DNA of 64,000 nucleotides from Thermoproteota archaeon (GTDB taxonomy: Archaea > Korarchaeota > Korarchaeia > Korarchaeales > JAOZGB01): NCBI GenBank assembly GCA_037917685.1, contig JAVCBU010000012.1, forward strand, positions 192,001 through 256,000, written 5' to 3'. The notes under the pieces are model-generated. The model saw nothing but the letters and a program-made list of their open reading frames with translations. It was not told the origin of the DNA and made no database searches. Positions 18,126 to 27,532 of this stretch are shown here, one piece after another; within the stretch, counting starts at the first letter, position 1, and the number at the start of each line of letters is the position of its first letter. The position numbers and the translations under genes are program-made.

Positions 18126-18462
18126 AAGACTAGTTAACGCATTCAAAGACATCCATCCAGACAGCCATATAAAGGCCATCATTCTCCACGGCTCAGTGGC
18201 CGAAAACAGGCATACGCCATCAAGCGATGTGGATCTTCTAGTTATCGTAGAGGAGACCTCCCAGGACATGTTCAATTACGTCAGGGAGAAAGCTGGAATC
18301 AGAAAAGTTGAGCCTCACATATACACAGCTGAACAGTTTAGGAAGGCTTTAAAAGGTACAAGGTTTAGGGAGAATCTCATAAATAAATCGATCATTATAT
18401 ATCCACCGCGTCTAGCTGGGCGGAGGACAACCCTGAAATACCTGCAAGATATTATAGAGTAG
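18049..18462 (+). CDS. Minimal nucleotidyltransferase (MNT), partner of HEPN
   Basis: IILHGSVA.....SSDVDLLVI motif. Overlaps the HEPN 3' end; TTG start at 18049 inferred. Confidence 0.88.
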   Translation: MSQTQRRSSGTVKVFWREYGRDEAVKRLVNAFKDIHPDSHIKAIILHGSVAENRHTPSSDVDLLVIVEETSQDMFNYVREKAGIRKVEPHIYTAEQFRKALKGTRFRENLINKSIIIYPPRLAGRRTTLKYLQDIIE

Positions 18463-18584
18463 AATAATCACCGCCACTGTAAGAGTTGCCTAACCCAAAA
18501 TTATTAATATTGGGAGCCCCGCTACCCCCTCGCGCTAACCATTTTCGACCCGTTCATAGCGAGGTTTAAACATGGAGTGTATGA

Positions 18585-18970
18585 CTATAATATAGGGTGG
18601 AGATCAGTAAGCATATAAGTAGGAGAGATGTATTCTCTGGCCTTGCCCAGGCCTATCCTGGAATTCGCCAGGTTGAAGGCTATAAGAAAGCTAAGTAGGG
18701 AAATGAGGAGAACTGTAAGATAATAGGCCATGGTGGCAGCAGCATGGAATTTTACAATCTCCAGGCCCGCCATGTAGCCCATGGAAGGATAACAGCAGCA
18801 CAGGAAGCTACACCTAACACGCAAAGCAATAAGAAACTTGGAGTGAGCCCCAGCAGCCTGAACATCCGCATAACCAAGAGTAAAGAAAAATGTTGAAAAC
18901 AGCAGTATATACGGAGAGTAGAAGCTTAGAAGGGCTAATGTGAAAATATGAGGAGCTGAAGCAAGCAGTC
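18585..18970 (-). pseudogene. Degenerate membrane-transporter (MFS-like) C-terminal fragment
   Basis: Open hydrophobic frame (IFTLALLSFYSPYILLFSTFFFTLGY...MAYYLTVLLISLLSFLIAF) with no credible start or N-terminal half. Confidence 0.35.
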
Positions 18971-19049
18971 GAGTACTTCAGGCTTCTCCGGGGATAGTTG
19001 TTTTGTCGGCTTATGGTTTGGTCTTTAGGTTTATTTGTGTTTTGGATAG

Positions 19050-21554
19050 CTATATTCTTGCTTTTAGTTCTATTTCTTCGACGTCGACTAGGCCGTTTCC
19101 ATCTATGTCTCTCCATGAAATTATTATTATTTTCGAGGTTAGCGCTTGGGGATTTGATGCTAGGTATTTTATGGCTGCTAGGGTTCCGTATCTTGTGCAT
19201 CCTTCTATCAGGAGGATTTTTCCACCATCATCCACCAGGTTTATTATGGCCGCGTAGTCTGTGATGCCGAAGCTGCTTACTCCTGTATAGTTCCCTAATC
19301 CTTCCAGGTTTAGGCTGACTTTACCTTCTGATATTGTGAAGGATAGCCCTATCCAACTGTTATATTCATCTGCTATTCTGTTTGCTAGTGGTCCGCCCAC
19401 TATTAGAGTGTAGTAGGGATTTGTGGCGGCATTTGTGGATTTGAGGTTGAGTGAGCTGAGGAGCATTGTTGCGTATTCAGCGTCTGGCCCGTACGCGGAT
19501 ACGTATACCTGGTAGTAATGAGCTTCCTGTATTGACTCTGCTATTCTTACGGGTTTTACTTTGTATTCTATGGAGAATGATGGGTTTGAGCCTCTGATTG
19601 TTATGGATATGTGGAGAATTGTTTTCTTTTGGTTTCTGGATTTTTCGTAGATCAGTTCCACATCCCTGTAGTTTTTGATGTTGACGTCTCCCATTGGCAG
19701 TTCAAGCTCAATGTAGAGATGGGGTGGTACATCTGCTATTTTCTCATGTTCATTAAGCCTTGGTGATACGCCTAGGCCCTGCATTAGGTTGAGGCGGAGG
19801 ATTGTGTTAAAGTTGAACTCGTCAACCTCGTTCTCTGGGATATCTCTTGTATACTCCCCGATAATGTTAAGTGTAATGTCTCCTTCTATAATTAGATCCT
19901 CGACAGTCGTATATCCTGCTCTAAGCCATTTAAGAGAGGTGTATTGCTGATACTTGGGGCATGGTGTGAATGCGGGATCTCCGATCAAAATTTGCCCTAG
20001 GGAGGTTGATGCCGTGTTTGAACCTCCTGCCACGTTTTCAACCCATGTGTAGGATAGGCCTTTGGTTGCCAGCAGGAGCATGTTTTTAACCATTCTTGAC
20101 GCCTCCCCTATACTTAAGCCATTATAGGCGATCAGCGACACAAGGTTTACAAAGTGGAAGAAGGCTCCCTCGCTTTCCTGAAGCGTCGCCGCACCTACTA
20201 CAGCTACAGCTCCCGAGGAGATCATGGAGAGGGATAGGGAGTTTGATGGTGTAGCTAGGTCAGCCATGAAGTGGCATGAGGAGGAGAGTACTATTGGCGA
20301 GGTGAGTTTGGTGTTACTTACCGCTTGTGGATCTATAACTCCGGATGCTGCTGTTATCGTCCCGTAGTCTCCGTGTCCGACGAGCATTATTAGGCCTTTC
20401 CCGGGCATTTTACCTAGAATTGAAGACGCTGATTCGCCGACACTGTGGTGTGACCTGCCTCCGGTGGCATCGGCCCATATATCAGCTACTGACAATGCGT
20501 TTATATACCCGTCTGCAAGCTCGTCCAGCCCTGGAGATATGCTGTACACGCCAAGGGAATCTTTTACGATACCGTTTTCGTGGTAGGTCCAGGTTCTCCC
20601 TATGAGTGCTGACGCTGAATACGGGTTTTCGCCTATTATTCTTCCAACGGCGACATCAACATACTTGTCAGGGTCTAGAATTTCCAGCGGCTCTTGTAAT
20701 GCGTTTTCATAGAACGGATAGTCGTGCCATGCTAGATGGTATCCATTTTCGACGAGTGGGAACGTGTCCAGCCCTCCACAGATAGCAACGTATTCTGTGT
20801 CGTAGTTTAGGATTAGGTCTTCCGCAAGGCCCATAGACACTATTGGTGCGTTGTGGATTGCAGCTATAAGCGGGCTTACCAGGGAGAGACGCCCGTATGC
20901 CGAGTTTACATCGTTAAAATCTGCGACTACGAGGTAGTCTATTCCATCTACCCCTATGAAAAAGTTTAGGTAGTCGTCCTCCGGGATGTATTTGAAATGT
21001 ATTCCAGAGGGTTTTAGGTTGTAGGCATATATAGTTGCGTTCCAAGGGGAGATAAGGGTTAGTGTTTCATCCGAGTATAGTATGAGAGGCGAGTCTAGGA
21101 TTGACGCTATTGTTGAAGCTTTAGCTGCATCTTCAGACTTGGCTATTACAACTGTTTCAGGCTGGCCCCAGCCCTCCAAGGCTATTGATACAGATGCTTC
21201 TTGGGGGGTATCGTACCTTTCTTTTTGGACAGGTGCGATTTTTGAAAGTGTGTTGACAATGTTTGGAGGGCAGTTAACTGTGATTATAAGTTCGGGGTTG
21301 TAGTACTCTAAAAAGTTGCTGATGGATCGGTCGAGCCGATCTTCTCCTGTTAACAGGATAGGGGTATAGTCTTCATGAACCGAGAGGGGAGCATAAATGC
21401 TTGAATATAGAATCGCGGTTGGATCATACTGGTCCACCGCCAAGACCACTGCAACATTCCCAGCAGATGTAAAGCCTATTTTAACACTAAAACCCGATAA
21501 GCTTAGCAGGCTTACAAATGACAGCCCGATTATACTCAGATATTTGGCACGCAC
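19050..21554 (-). CDS. Secreted C25 (gingipain-like) cysteine peptidase with CWB2-like repeats and S-layer-like C-terminal domain
   Basis: Signal peptide; PILL/PLIL/APIV repeats; DVAVGRII; LVGHG (His) and VLSSSC (Cys) dyad; ILIGDP; IVGGPLAN...G.TRYGT.AA; terminal WRDIDGNGLVDVEEI. Confidence 0.75.
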   Translation of the reverse strand: MRAKYLSIIGLSFVSLLSLSGFSVKIGFTSAGNVAVVLAVDQYDPTAILYSSIYAPLSVHEDYTPILLTGEDRLDRSISNFLEYYNPELIITVNCPPNIVNTLSKIAPVQKERYDTPQEASVSIALEGWGQPETVVIAKSEDAAKASTIASILDSPLILYSDETLTLISPWNATIYAYNLKPSGIHFKYIPEDDYLNFFIGVDGIDYLVVADFNDVNSAYGRLSLVSPLIAAIHNAPIVSMGLAEDLILNYDTEYVAICGGLDTFPLVENGYHLAWHDYPFYENALQEPLEILDPDKYVDVAVGRIIGENPYSASALIGRTWTYHENGIVKDSLGVYSISPGLDELADGYINALSVADIWADATGGRSHHSVGESASSILGKMPGKGLIMLVGHGDYGTITAASGVIDPQAVSNTKLTSPIVLSSSCHFMADLATPSNSLSLSMISSGAVAVVGAATLQESEGAFFHFVNLVSLIAYNGLSIGEASRMVKNMLLLATKGLSYTWVENVAGGSNTASTSLGQILIGDPAFTPCPKYQQYTSLKWLRAGYTTVEDLIIEGDITLNIIGEYTRDIPENEVDEFNFNTILRLNLMQGLGVSPRLNEHEKIADVPPHLYIELELPMGDVNIKNYRDVELIYEKSRNQKKTILHISITIRGSNPSFSIEYKVKPVRIAESIQEAHYYQVYVSAYGPDAEYATMLLSSLNLKSTNAATNPYYTLIVGGPLANRIADEYNSWIGLSFTISEGKVSLNLEGLGNYTGVSSFGITDYAAIINLVDDGGKILLIEGCTRYGTLAAIKYLASNPQALTSKIIIISWRDIDGNGLVDVEEIELKARI

Positions 21555-21618
21555 ATCACTGATAGTGTAGTTAAATATTTTTATTATTTCCGTAGCCTCT
21601 TAGATGAGAGGTGTAAAA

Positions 21619-21837
21619 ATGTCCGTAAAGACATGGAAATCCGAGAGTCTTGGGATAGAGATACAGATAGATCATGATAAATGTGAAGGCTGTGAGCAGT
21701 GCGTCCAAGTCTGCCCGGTAGGGGTATTCGAGATGGTTGAAGGGAAGTCTACAGCACCAAACATCGACCAGTGTATCCAATGTTGTGCCTGTGTTAACGC
21801 GTGCCCGACGAATGCTATAACACACAGTTCGTGCTAA
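21619..21837 (+). CDS. 2[4Fe-4S] ferredoxin
   Basis: CEGCEQCVQVCP and CIQCCACVNACP; GAGGTG RBS before ATG 21619. Confidence 0.93.
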   Translation: MSVKTWKSESLGIEIQIDHDKCEGCEQCVQVCPVGVFEMVEGKSTAPNIDQCIQCCACVNACPTNAITHSSC

Positions 21838-21968
21838 ACACCTTCTTCTCTCTTTCTTCCTATTATACTGGACTCTGGTGAAGCCACCATTTAAAACTGT
21901 TTGATAGCAGGCTAGTGCCTGGAATAATTTTAACTGTCGAGATATTGATATTTAAGGGGGTGTAACCG

Positions 21969-22676
21969 TTGACTGAGCTTCTATACGAGAGAGACTCATA
22001 TCTGCTGGAATTTGAAGCTGTAGTTATGGAGGTCTCTGGCAACGGTGTCGTCCTCGACCGGACCGCGTTTCACCCCTTGTCTGGAGGGGTTGCTAACGAT
22101 ACTGGAGTTATAAGGCATGAGAATGATGAATATCGTATTGTTAACGTGGTGAAGTCGGAAGGAAGGATAATTCATGTCGTTGAGCCTGAACCGGGCTTTA
22201 AGGCTGGGTGTAGGATTACTGGTGTAATAGACTGGGAGAGAAGATATAGGTTAATGAAGTTGCATACTGCGGATCACATATTAGCCGCTGTCCTCTACAG
22301 AGAATATTCGGCACTGGTGACCGGGGGGCACATAGATCCTGAAAAGGCTAAATCAGACTTTAGCTTGGAAAAGGGTGGTAAGGAGCTCTTTAAACAGGCG
22401 ATTGAAAAGGTCAACCAGATAATAGCGAGAAGTATCGACGTTAAGATTTACTTCCTCCCTCGAGAGGAAGCTCTAAAAATCCCCGGCATAGTTAAGCTCG
22501 CTGGAAGAATGCCTCCAGACGTTAAGATGTTAAGGATAGTGGAAATCCCGGGAGTAGACATACAAGCTGACGGCGGACCCCACGTCTCAAATACAGCTGA
22601 AATAGGTCGGATAAAACTACTTAAGGTTGAGAATAAGGGCCGAGGGAAGAAAAGGGTCTATTTCACACTTGCATAA
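21969..22676 (+). CDS. alaXM: Alanyl-tRNA editing protein AlaX-M
   Basis: LDRTAFHP.SGG...DTG, MKLHTADHIL, DIQADGGPHV.NT.EIG. Confidence 0.93.
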   Translation: MTELLYERDSYLLEFEAVVMEVSGNGVVLDRTAFHPLSGGVANDTGVIRHENDEYRIVNVVKSEGRIIHVVEPEPGFKAGCRITGVIDWERRYRLMKLHTADHILAAVLYREYSALVTGGHIDPEKAKSDFSLEKGGKELFKQAIEKVNQIIARSIDVKIYFLPREEALKIPGIVKLAGRMPPDVKMLRIVEIPGVDIQADGGPHVSNTAEIGRIKLLKVENKGRGKKRVYFTLA

Positions 22677-22800
22677 AGATAAGACACGGATTTGCAATAC
22701 TCATATTTCCCAGCCAACCCCTCCACACATTTTACATCATGATAGCAACTGCAAAGGATAAATTATTGACATATAGGGTTGATAGTAGGTTTTAGCGGAC

Positions 22801-23076
22801 ATGCATGAAGTAGAGACTACACATACCATTATAATTGGAGATTCTAGAAGTATGCGGGAAATAGGAGATGAAAGCATCCATCTGGTTGTTACGTCACCTC
22901 CATACCCTATGATTGAAACATGGGATGGCCTCTTCAGAAGTCTTGATAAGAAGATAGATAGGCTTTGGAGAAAAATGGGGGACAGCAATGGAGACGAGTA
23001 TGTACGCCAGATCTATGATCTCATGCATAGGAATCTTGAAATGGTTTGGAGGGAGGTTTGCAGATATGGGATGTAG
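22801..23076 (+). pseudogene. Truncated N4-C/N6-A DNA methyltransferase (N-terminal 91 aa only)
   Basis: IIIGDSR.M.EI.DESIHLVVTSPPYP catalytic motif IV. Frame stops right after VWREVCR and there is no SAM-binding motif. Confidence 0.8.
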
Positions 23077-23380
23077 GCAGTGTTAGGCAGGATGCTCCTG
23101 AGATTGACGAGTACGTCTCATTTATCATGTCCCTAATCTCATCTAGGAGTCTATGGGCTTCCCTTTTATCGCTCACCTTCGTAATCGTGATGACTCCTGA
23201 GCTGCGGATTGTAACCAGCCTCGGACCCTTCATATATGTCAGGAATCCACCTTCCTTCGAGTATGAAGAGTTTGGAATCGCAGCGTGGAGGTATTGGAGG
23301 ATTTCATCAAGTCTCCGATCAGCCCTCGCAACAATTCTAATTTTAGACTCGTCGGCGAGACATGGGAGTACGCGTTCAAT
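23021..23380 (-). pseudogene. Truncated Fe-S/metal-binding regulator-like protein (COG4871-like N-terminal domain)
   Basis: Manual translation IERVLPCLADESKIRIVARADRRLDEILQYL.A.IPNSSYSKEGGFLTYMKGPRLVTIRSSG.ITI. No canonical start (in-frame TAA upstream) and no C-terminal Cys cluster. Confidence 0.55.
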
Positions 23381-23421
23381 TTAAACCGATTTTAAAAAGT
23401 CTAATGCCGGCATTATACCAC

Positions 23422-24366
23422 CTATGGTATAGGTGGTTTTAGCCCTTGAGCCTGGTAGAAGGCTCTGATGATCAGTCTTAGACCGATGTAGAAGTAGACT
23501 GCCGCTAGCAGGATCTTATACCTTTTAGGTGACGTCTTGTGGGCTATTCTTGGTCCTATTTGAGCCGCCAAGACGCTTGGAACCCCTATTAGCAGGAATG
23601 CTAGAAGGTTAAACCATCCAAAGCTGTAGGGAGGATAGTCTAAGGGATGAAGTACCTGATCCATTCTCCCAAGCGCTACAAATGATAGTGAGCCTACACT
23701 TGAGCCTAGGATCATGGTGGCTATTGATATTATTGTTGACAAGTGAACTGGAATCTTCAGTACTGTGTTCAGAACTGGCATGTAGACAATTCCTCCGCCT
23801 ATACCTATGAAGTTGGCTGCTATTCCAGATATGAGGCCCATTATACCATACCTCGCTGCGCTTGGAGAGTTGAGCTTCTTAATCGGCAGAGGTTTTGCCC
23901 TCATAAATCTATAGGCGCCTATTAGACAGACAGCTCCGAATCCTCCTTTAAGGAAGATCCCTGTCTTCATTCTGAAAGCCTTAAACACCGTGTATGCTAG
24001 GAGTGAACCTGTAAGACTTCCTATGGCGACAGGTATAACGAAGTGGATGTAATGCTTTAGCGGAAACTTTAATTCTTTCTTTCTAAGCTCTCTGACATGC
24101 CTCAACAACCCGCTGATGGATGTCGGCACCACTACAGCCATATTCGTGCCGAAAGCTATCAGTGGCGCTATGGCGGCTGGAGTCCCCATAACCTTTTCAA
24201 AGAAGGATATCATCACTGGGACCATGATGAAGCATGCACCCACTCCGAAGAAGGAGCTGACAAGACCTACAGCTATACCCGCCAAAACCATGAGAATATA
24301 ATTTGACCAGTAGAGTAGTGGCGTCATCAAAGCTAGGCTTATAATCATCGAGTATGTCCCTCTCAT
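23422..24366 (-). CDS. TauE/SafE sulfite-exporter family membrane protein
   Basis: G..SSFFGVGA.FIMVP and G..ANFIGIGGG..YMP repeated motifs. Confidence 0.88.
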   Translation of the reverse strand: MRGTYSMIISLALMTPLLYWSNYILMVLAGIAVGLVSSFFGVGACFIMVPVMISFFEKVMGTPAAIAPLIAFGTNMAVVVPTSISGLLRHVRELRKKELKFPLKHYIHFVIPVAIGSLTGSLLAYTVFKAFRMKTGIFLKGGFGAVCLIGAYRFMRAKPLPIKKLNSPSAARYGIMGLISGIAANFIGIGGGIVYMPVLNTVLKIPVHLSTIISIATMILGSSVGSLSFVALGRMDQVLHPLDYPPYSFGWFNLLAFLLIGVPSVLAAQIGPRIAHKTSPKRYKILLAAVYFYIGLRLIIRAFYQAQGLKPPIP

Positions 24367-24432
24367 ATAGGTCTTATTTCAATCAGTTACCAATTTTTAT
24401 AAATATAACTTACAAAATGTAAGTTTGGAAGA

Positions 24433-24986
24433 ATGCTTGATCGTGTAACGTGTGAAATTATAAGGCTACTAAGCATAGATGGTAGGGCTAAGCTCACCGA
24501 AGATTGCTAGGGAGATAGGTGTATCTCACGTTACGGTTATGAATAGGCTTAACAGCATGACCGGGAAGGGCTATGCTAAAGTCTCGATGCTTGTAGACCC
24601 TTGAAAAGATGGGAACAAGCTACAGGAGGGAAATACTCGAGCTCTTCGAGAAATGTCCCCGCGTGGTCTTTGCATCAAGCATGCTGGGGGAATATGACCT
24701 TATGGCCATGATTGCAGCCGAGGACGAGGGGATGATAGAGGTTTTCACGGGCTCATGCACAATGAGGACCCATAGGGGGATTAGGAGGAGTAGCCTAATA
24801 CTGCTTGGAAGGGAGAGGGTTGACTTCCTGCTCCGTCTAAGGATGATATCTGAGAGTAGAAGCAGGGTCACACCCTGCGGGAGGATCTGTGTCGAGTGCA
24901 AGGAGTACAGTAGGGGCTGTGTCGGGTGTCCTTCAGCCGAGGGCTACCGTGGACCCTTCAAAACGAGTAACAAGGAATACCTTTAA
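24433..24986 (+). pseudogene. Frameshifted Lrp/AsnC regulator with C-terminal Cys-rich domain
   Basis: MLDRVTCEIIRLLSIDGRAKLTE / IAREIGVSHVTVMNRLNSM / ..CPRV......GEYDL..PCG..C.EC..Y..GCVGCP lie in three frames, with shifts near 24500 and 24600. Confidence 0.8.
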
Positions 24987-25012
24987 AATGAGTGACAAGA
25001 ATACTGACTTAC

Positions 25013-26824
25013 CTATGTTATTCCTAGTTCTTTCAGCTTTTCTTCTGTTGGGATTCCCTTTTCATCCCATCCTCTTAGCTCGTAATATTTTTTTAGGGCT
25101 TTCTTTAATTCTCGAGGGATCATTCCCTTGGCCCCGCCCTCTGCTAACGGTTCTTCCATAAGTCTCTGTGGAAGCGTGTCCTCACGGCCTGTAGGGCTGC
25201 ATTCTATGCTGTATAGTCTTTTCAAATTGTATGTTCTCTCGCCAGCCTTTAGAAGATCTTTGAGTTTAAGGTCTATGCCGGTGGCAAGCTGGTACATTGC
25301 TGCCACGGTTGCCGGGGGTATTGCAACAAACTTGCATAGGACTAGGCTATCTAGGAGGTCGTGCCAGTTTTGCATAGCTATTAGGGGCTCTGGCTTGTCC
25401 ATTAGGGTGTCTCTGTGGTATCTCTTGTGTATGCCTAGATCCGGAATTCTTACCCCTTGTTCTATCTGGTACATTAGTCCTCTTAGGTGGCATGCACCTC
25501 TGTGGGATGTAGCGTATTGGAGGGCCATTCCGTAGAATGCTCTTGGGTCGTGCATGGGTATTTCGAGGCCTTTGACATGTAGTGCAAGTTTTTCAGCTTC
25601 TCCTCCTAGTTCAGCGCCCATCTTTCTGACCCCTTGTGACAGGAGTTCTCCTAGTCCTTGCTTTTCACCTATCATTTTTATCAGTTTTATCGCGAGATCT
25701 GGGTTTCCCCATTCAAGCTTTATATCTGTCTTTAGGAGGCCTTTCTCGTAGCACTCTATTGCAAAGGCTATTACACCCCCGGTGGAAATTGTATCAATTC
25801 CATAACGGTTGCATAGGTCGTTCATTTTAGCTATTGCTTTCAGGTTGTCTATTAGTAGTAGGCTGCCTAGTGATGCTGCTGTCTCGTACTCTGGCCCGTG
25901 TCCCTCCATTTTGTATGGTTCTTCGTCTACCTTAACGATTCTTCCACAGCCTATTGGACATGCGTGACACGCGTACTGCCTAACCAGTATTGTTTGCACG
26001 ATTGCTTCTCCGCATATTTTTTCGAGGCCTTCCCATTCTCCCATTGTGAAGTATTTGATTGGTACATCTCCGTAGGTATGCATTGGGAGCATTATCCCGT
26101 CTGTACCGTAGGATGCTAGGATTTGGACATGTGGGTCGGACCTGATTGTAACCAGCACTCTTGATATTAGTCTTCTCAGTTTTTGAGGTTCAGCTATCCC
26201 GACTACGCCGGTCCCCTTTACTGCTACAGCCTTAAGCTTCTTAGACCCCATTACGGCTCCTAGCCCTGTTCTCCCAGCTGCTCGTCCGCCGTCGCTCATG
26301 ATATTAGCTAATTTAACTTGTTTTTCCCCGGCTCTGCCGATAGCTGATACTCTTACTTTACCGTGTTTCTCTCGGAGCTTTTCTCCTGTTATAAGCGCGT
26401 CAAGCCCCCATATGTCCCCTGCATTAATGATTTGAACGTTTGAGTCTTCGATGAGCAGGTATACCGGTTTTTCAGATGCACCTTCAAATATTATGCCATC
26501 ATACCCGGCTTTTTTGAGTTCTGTACCCCAGTATCCTCCTACATTAGCTTCCCCCCATATTCTGGTTAGGGGGGATTTGGCTGAGACCGTGTGTCTACCG
26601 CTTCCGGGAATTATGGTGCCTGTTAGTGGGCCTGTCATAAATATGAGGAGATTCTCGGGGGATAGGGGGTCTGCTTCGGGTGGTACGTGTTCGTAGATTA
26701 TTTTTGCTGCAAGCCCGCTTCCCCCTATATATTTTCGGAGGTCTTCACTGTCAAATGTGATTTCTTTTATCTCTTTGTCTGTAAGGTTTATCCAGAGGGT
26801 CTTACCAGTATAGCCGTAGGGCAT
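25013..26824 (-). CDS. aor: Tungsten aldehyde:ferredoxin oxidoreductase family protein (paralogue 2)
   Basis: KSPLT, GRTGLGAVMGSKKLKA, ACHACPIGC, GPEYET, DTISTG, DPR, RGACH, YYELRGWD. Confidence 0.95.
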   Translation of the reverse strand: MPYGYTGKTLWINLTDKEIKEITFDSEDLRKYIGGSGLAAKIIYEHVPPEADPLSPENLLIFMTGPLTGTIIPGSGRHTVSAKSPLTRIWGEANVGGYWGTELKKAGYDGIIFEGASEKPVYLLIEDSNVQIINAGDIWGLDALITGEKLREKHGKVRVSAIGRAGEKQVKLANIMSDGGRAAGRTGLGAVMGSKKLKAVAVKGTGVVGIAEPQKLRRLISRVLVTIRSDPHVQILASYGTDGIMLPMHTYGDVPIKYFTMGEWEGLEKICGEAIVQTILVRQYACHACPIGCGRIVKVDEEPYKMEGHGPEYETAASLGSLLLIDNLKAIAKMNDLCNRYGIDTISTGGVIAFAIECYEKGLLKTDIKLEWGNPDLAIKLIKMIGEKQGLGELLSQGVRKMGAELGGEAEKLALHVKGLEIPMHDPRAFYGMALQYATSHRGACHLRGLMYQIEQGVRIPDLGIHKRYHRDTLMDKPEPLIAMQNWHDLLDSLVLCKFVAIPPATVAAMYQLATGIDLKLKDLLKAGERTYNLKRLYSIECSPTGREDTLPQRLMEEPLAEGGAKGMIPRELKKALKKYYELRGWDEKGIPTEEKLKELGIT

Positions 26825-26834
26825 TTAGAGCCAC

Positions 26835-27470
26835 CTATATTCTGTATAGCTTTTTTATTACCTCTATCTCTCCTGGAGGGATTTCTATTATACGTCCCAT
26901 CAGCTTTGCTATGAATGTCATCATTGAAACCTCTTCTAGGATTTCAACTGCTGTCACTGCCTCCATCATTTCATATCCTACTCCTATTACGCCATGATTC
27001 TGTAGAATTAGTAGTCTTGTTCCCATTATTCTCTTTCCGACTTCTTCTGCGAGTTCTCTGGTTCCGGGATATTTAAAGGGGACTACGGGTACCTTTGCCA
27101 GCATCAACGCTGCCTCAAGGGTTATTGGTCTTATTTCCACGCCGGCAATCGCTAGGCCTGTTGAGTATGGGCTGTGTGCATGAACTATAGCATTTACATC
27201 TGATCTCCGTTTGTATATTTCCGTGTGGAAGTGCCACTCCATGGACGGCTTTAGAACTCCTTCCAGAACGTTTCCCTCTAGGTCTATTTTTACCAGGTCT
27301 TCCTCGGTGAGTCTAGGCTTGTACAGCCCGCTGGGGGTTATCCAAACTTCCTCAGAGTTCGGTAGTCTGGCGCTTGCGTTTCCCCCAACCCCGGTCATTA
27401 AGCCCTTGTTGTAGAGGGCTTTCATAGCCCATATAACCTCCGACTTCACCTCTTCTTCTGTAAAAGCCAA
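26835..27470 (-). CDS. Class II aldolase/adducin family (fuculose-1-phosphate aldolase-like)
   Basis: GGNASAR, ITPSG, PSMEW.FH, AIVHAHSPY, LQNHG. Confidence 0.92.
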   Translation of the reverse strand: MAFTEEEVKSEVIWAMKALYNKGLMTGVGGNASARLPNSEEVWITPSGLYKPRLTEEDLVKIDLEGNVLEGVLKPSMEWHFHTEIYKRRSDVNAIVHAHSPYSTGLAIAGVEIRPITLEAALMLAKVPVVPFKYPGTRELAEEVGKRIMGTRLLILQNHGVIGVGYEMMEAVTAVEILEEVSMMTFIAKLMGRIIEIPPGEIEVIKKLYRI

Positions 27471-27532
27471 CTTTAACCACTATAACCTACACGTTACGCT
27501 TTTATTTTAATAGTTAGGCCTAAAACCAGGCC

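Noticed and set aside
24595-24610. In-frame TGA in the Lrp gene as selenocysteine or programmed recoding
   Set aside because: Homology continues in a different frame, the position is not Cys-like, and no slippery heptamer is visible.
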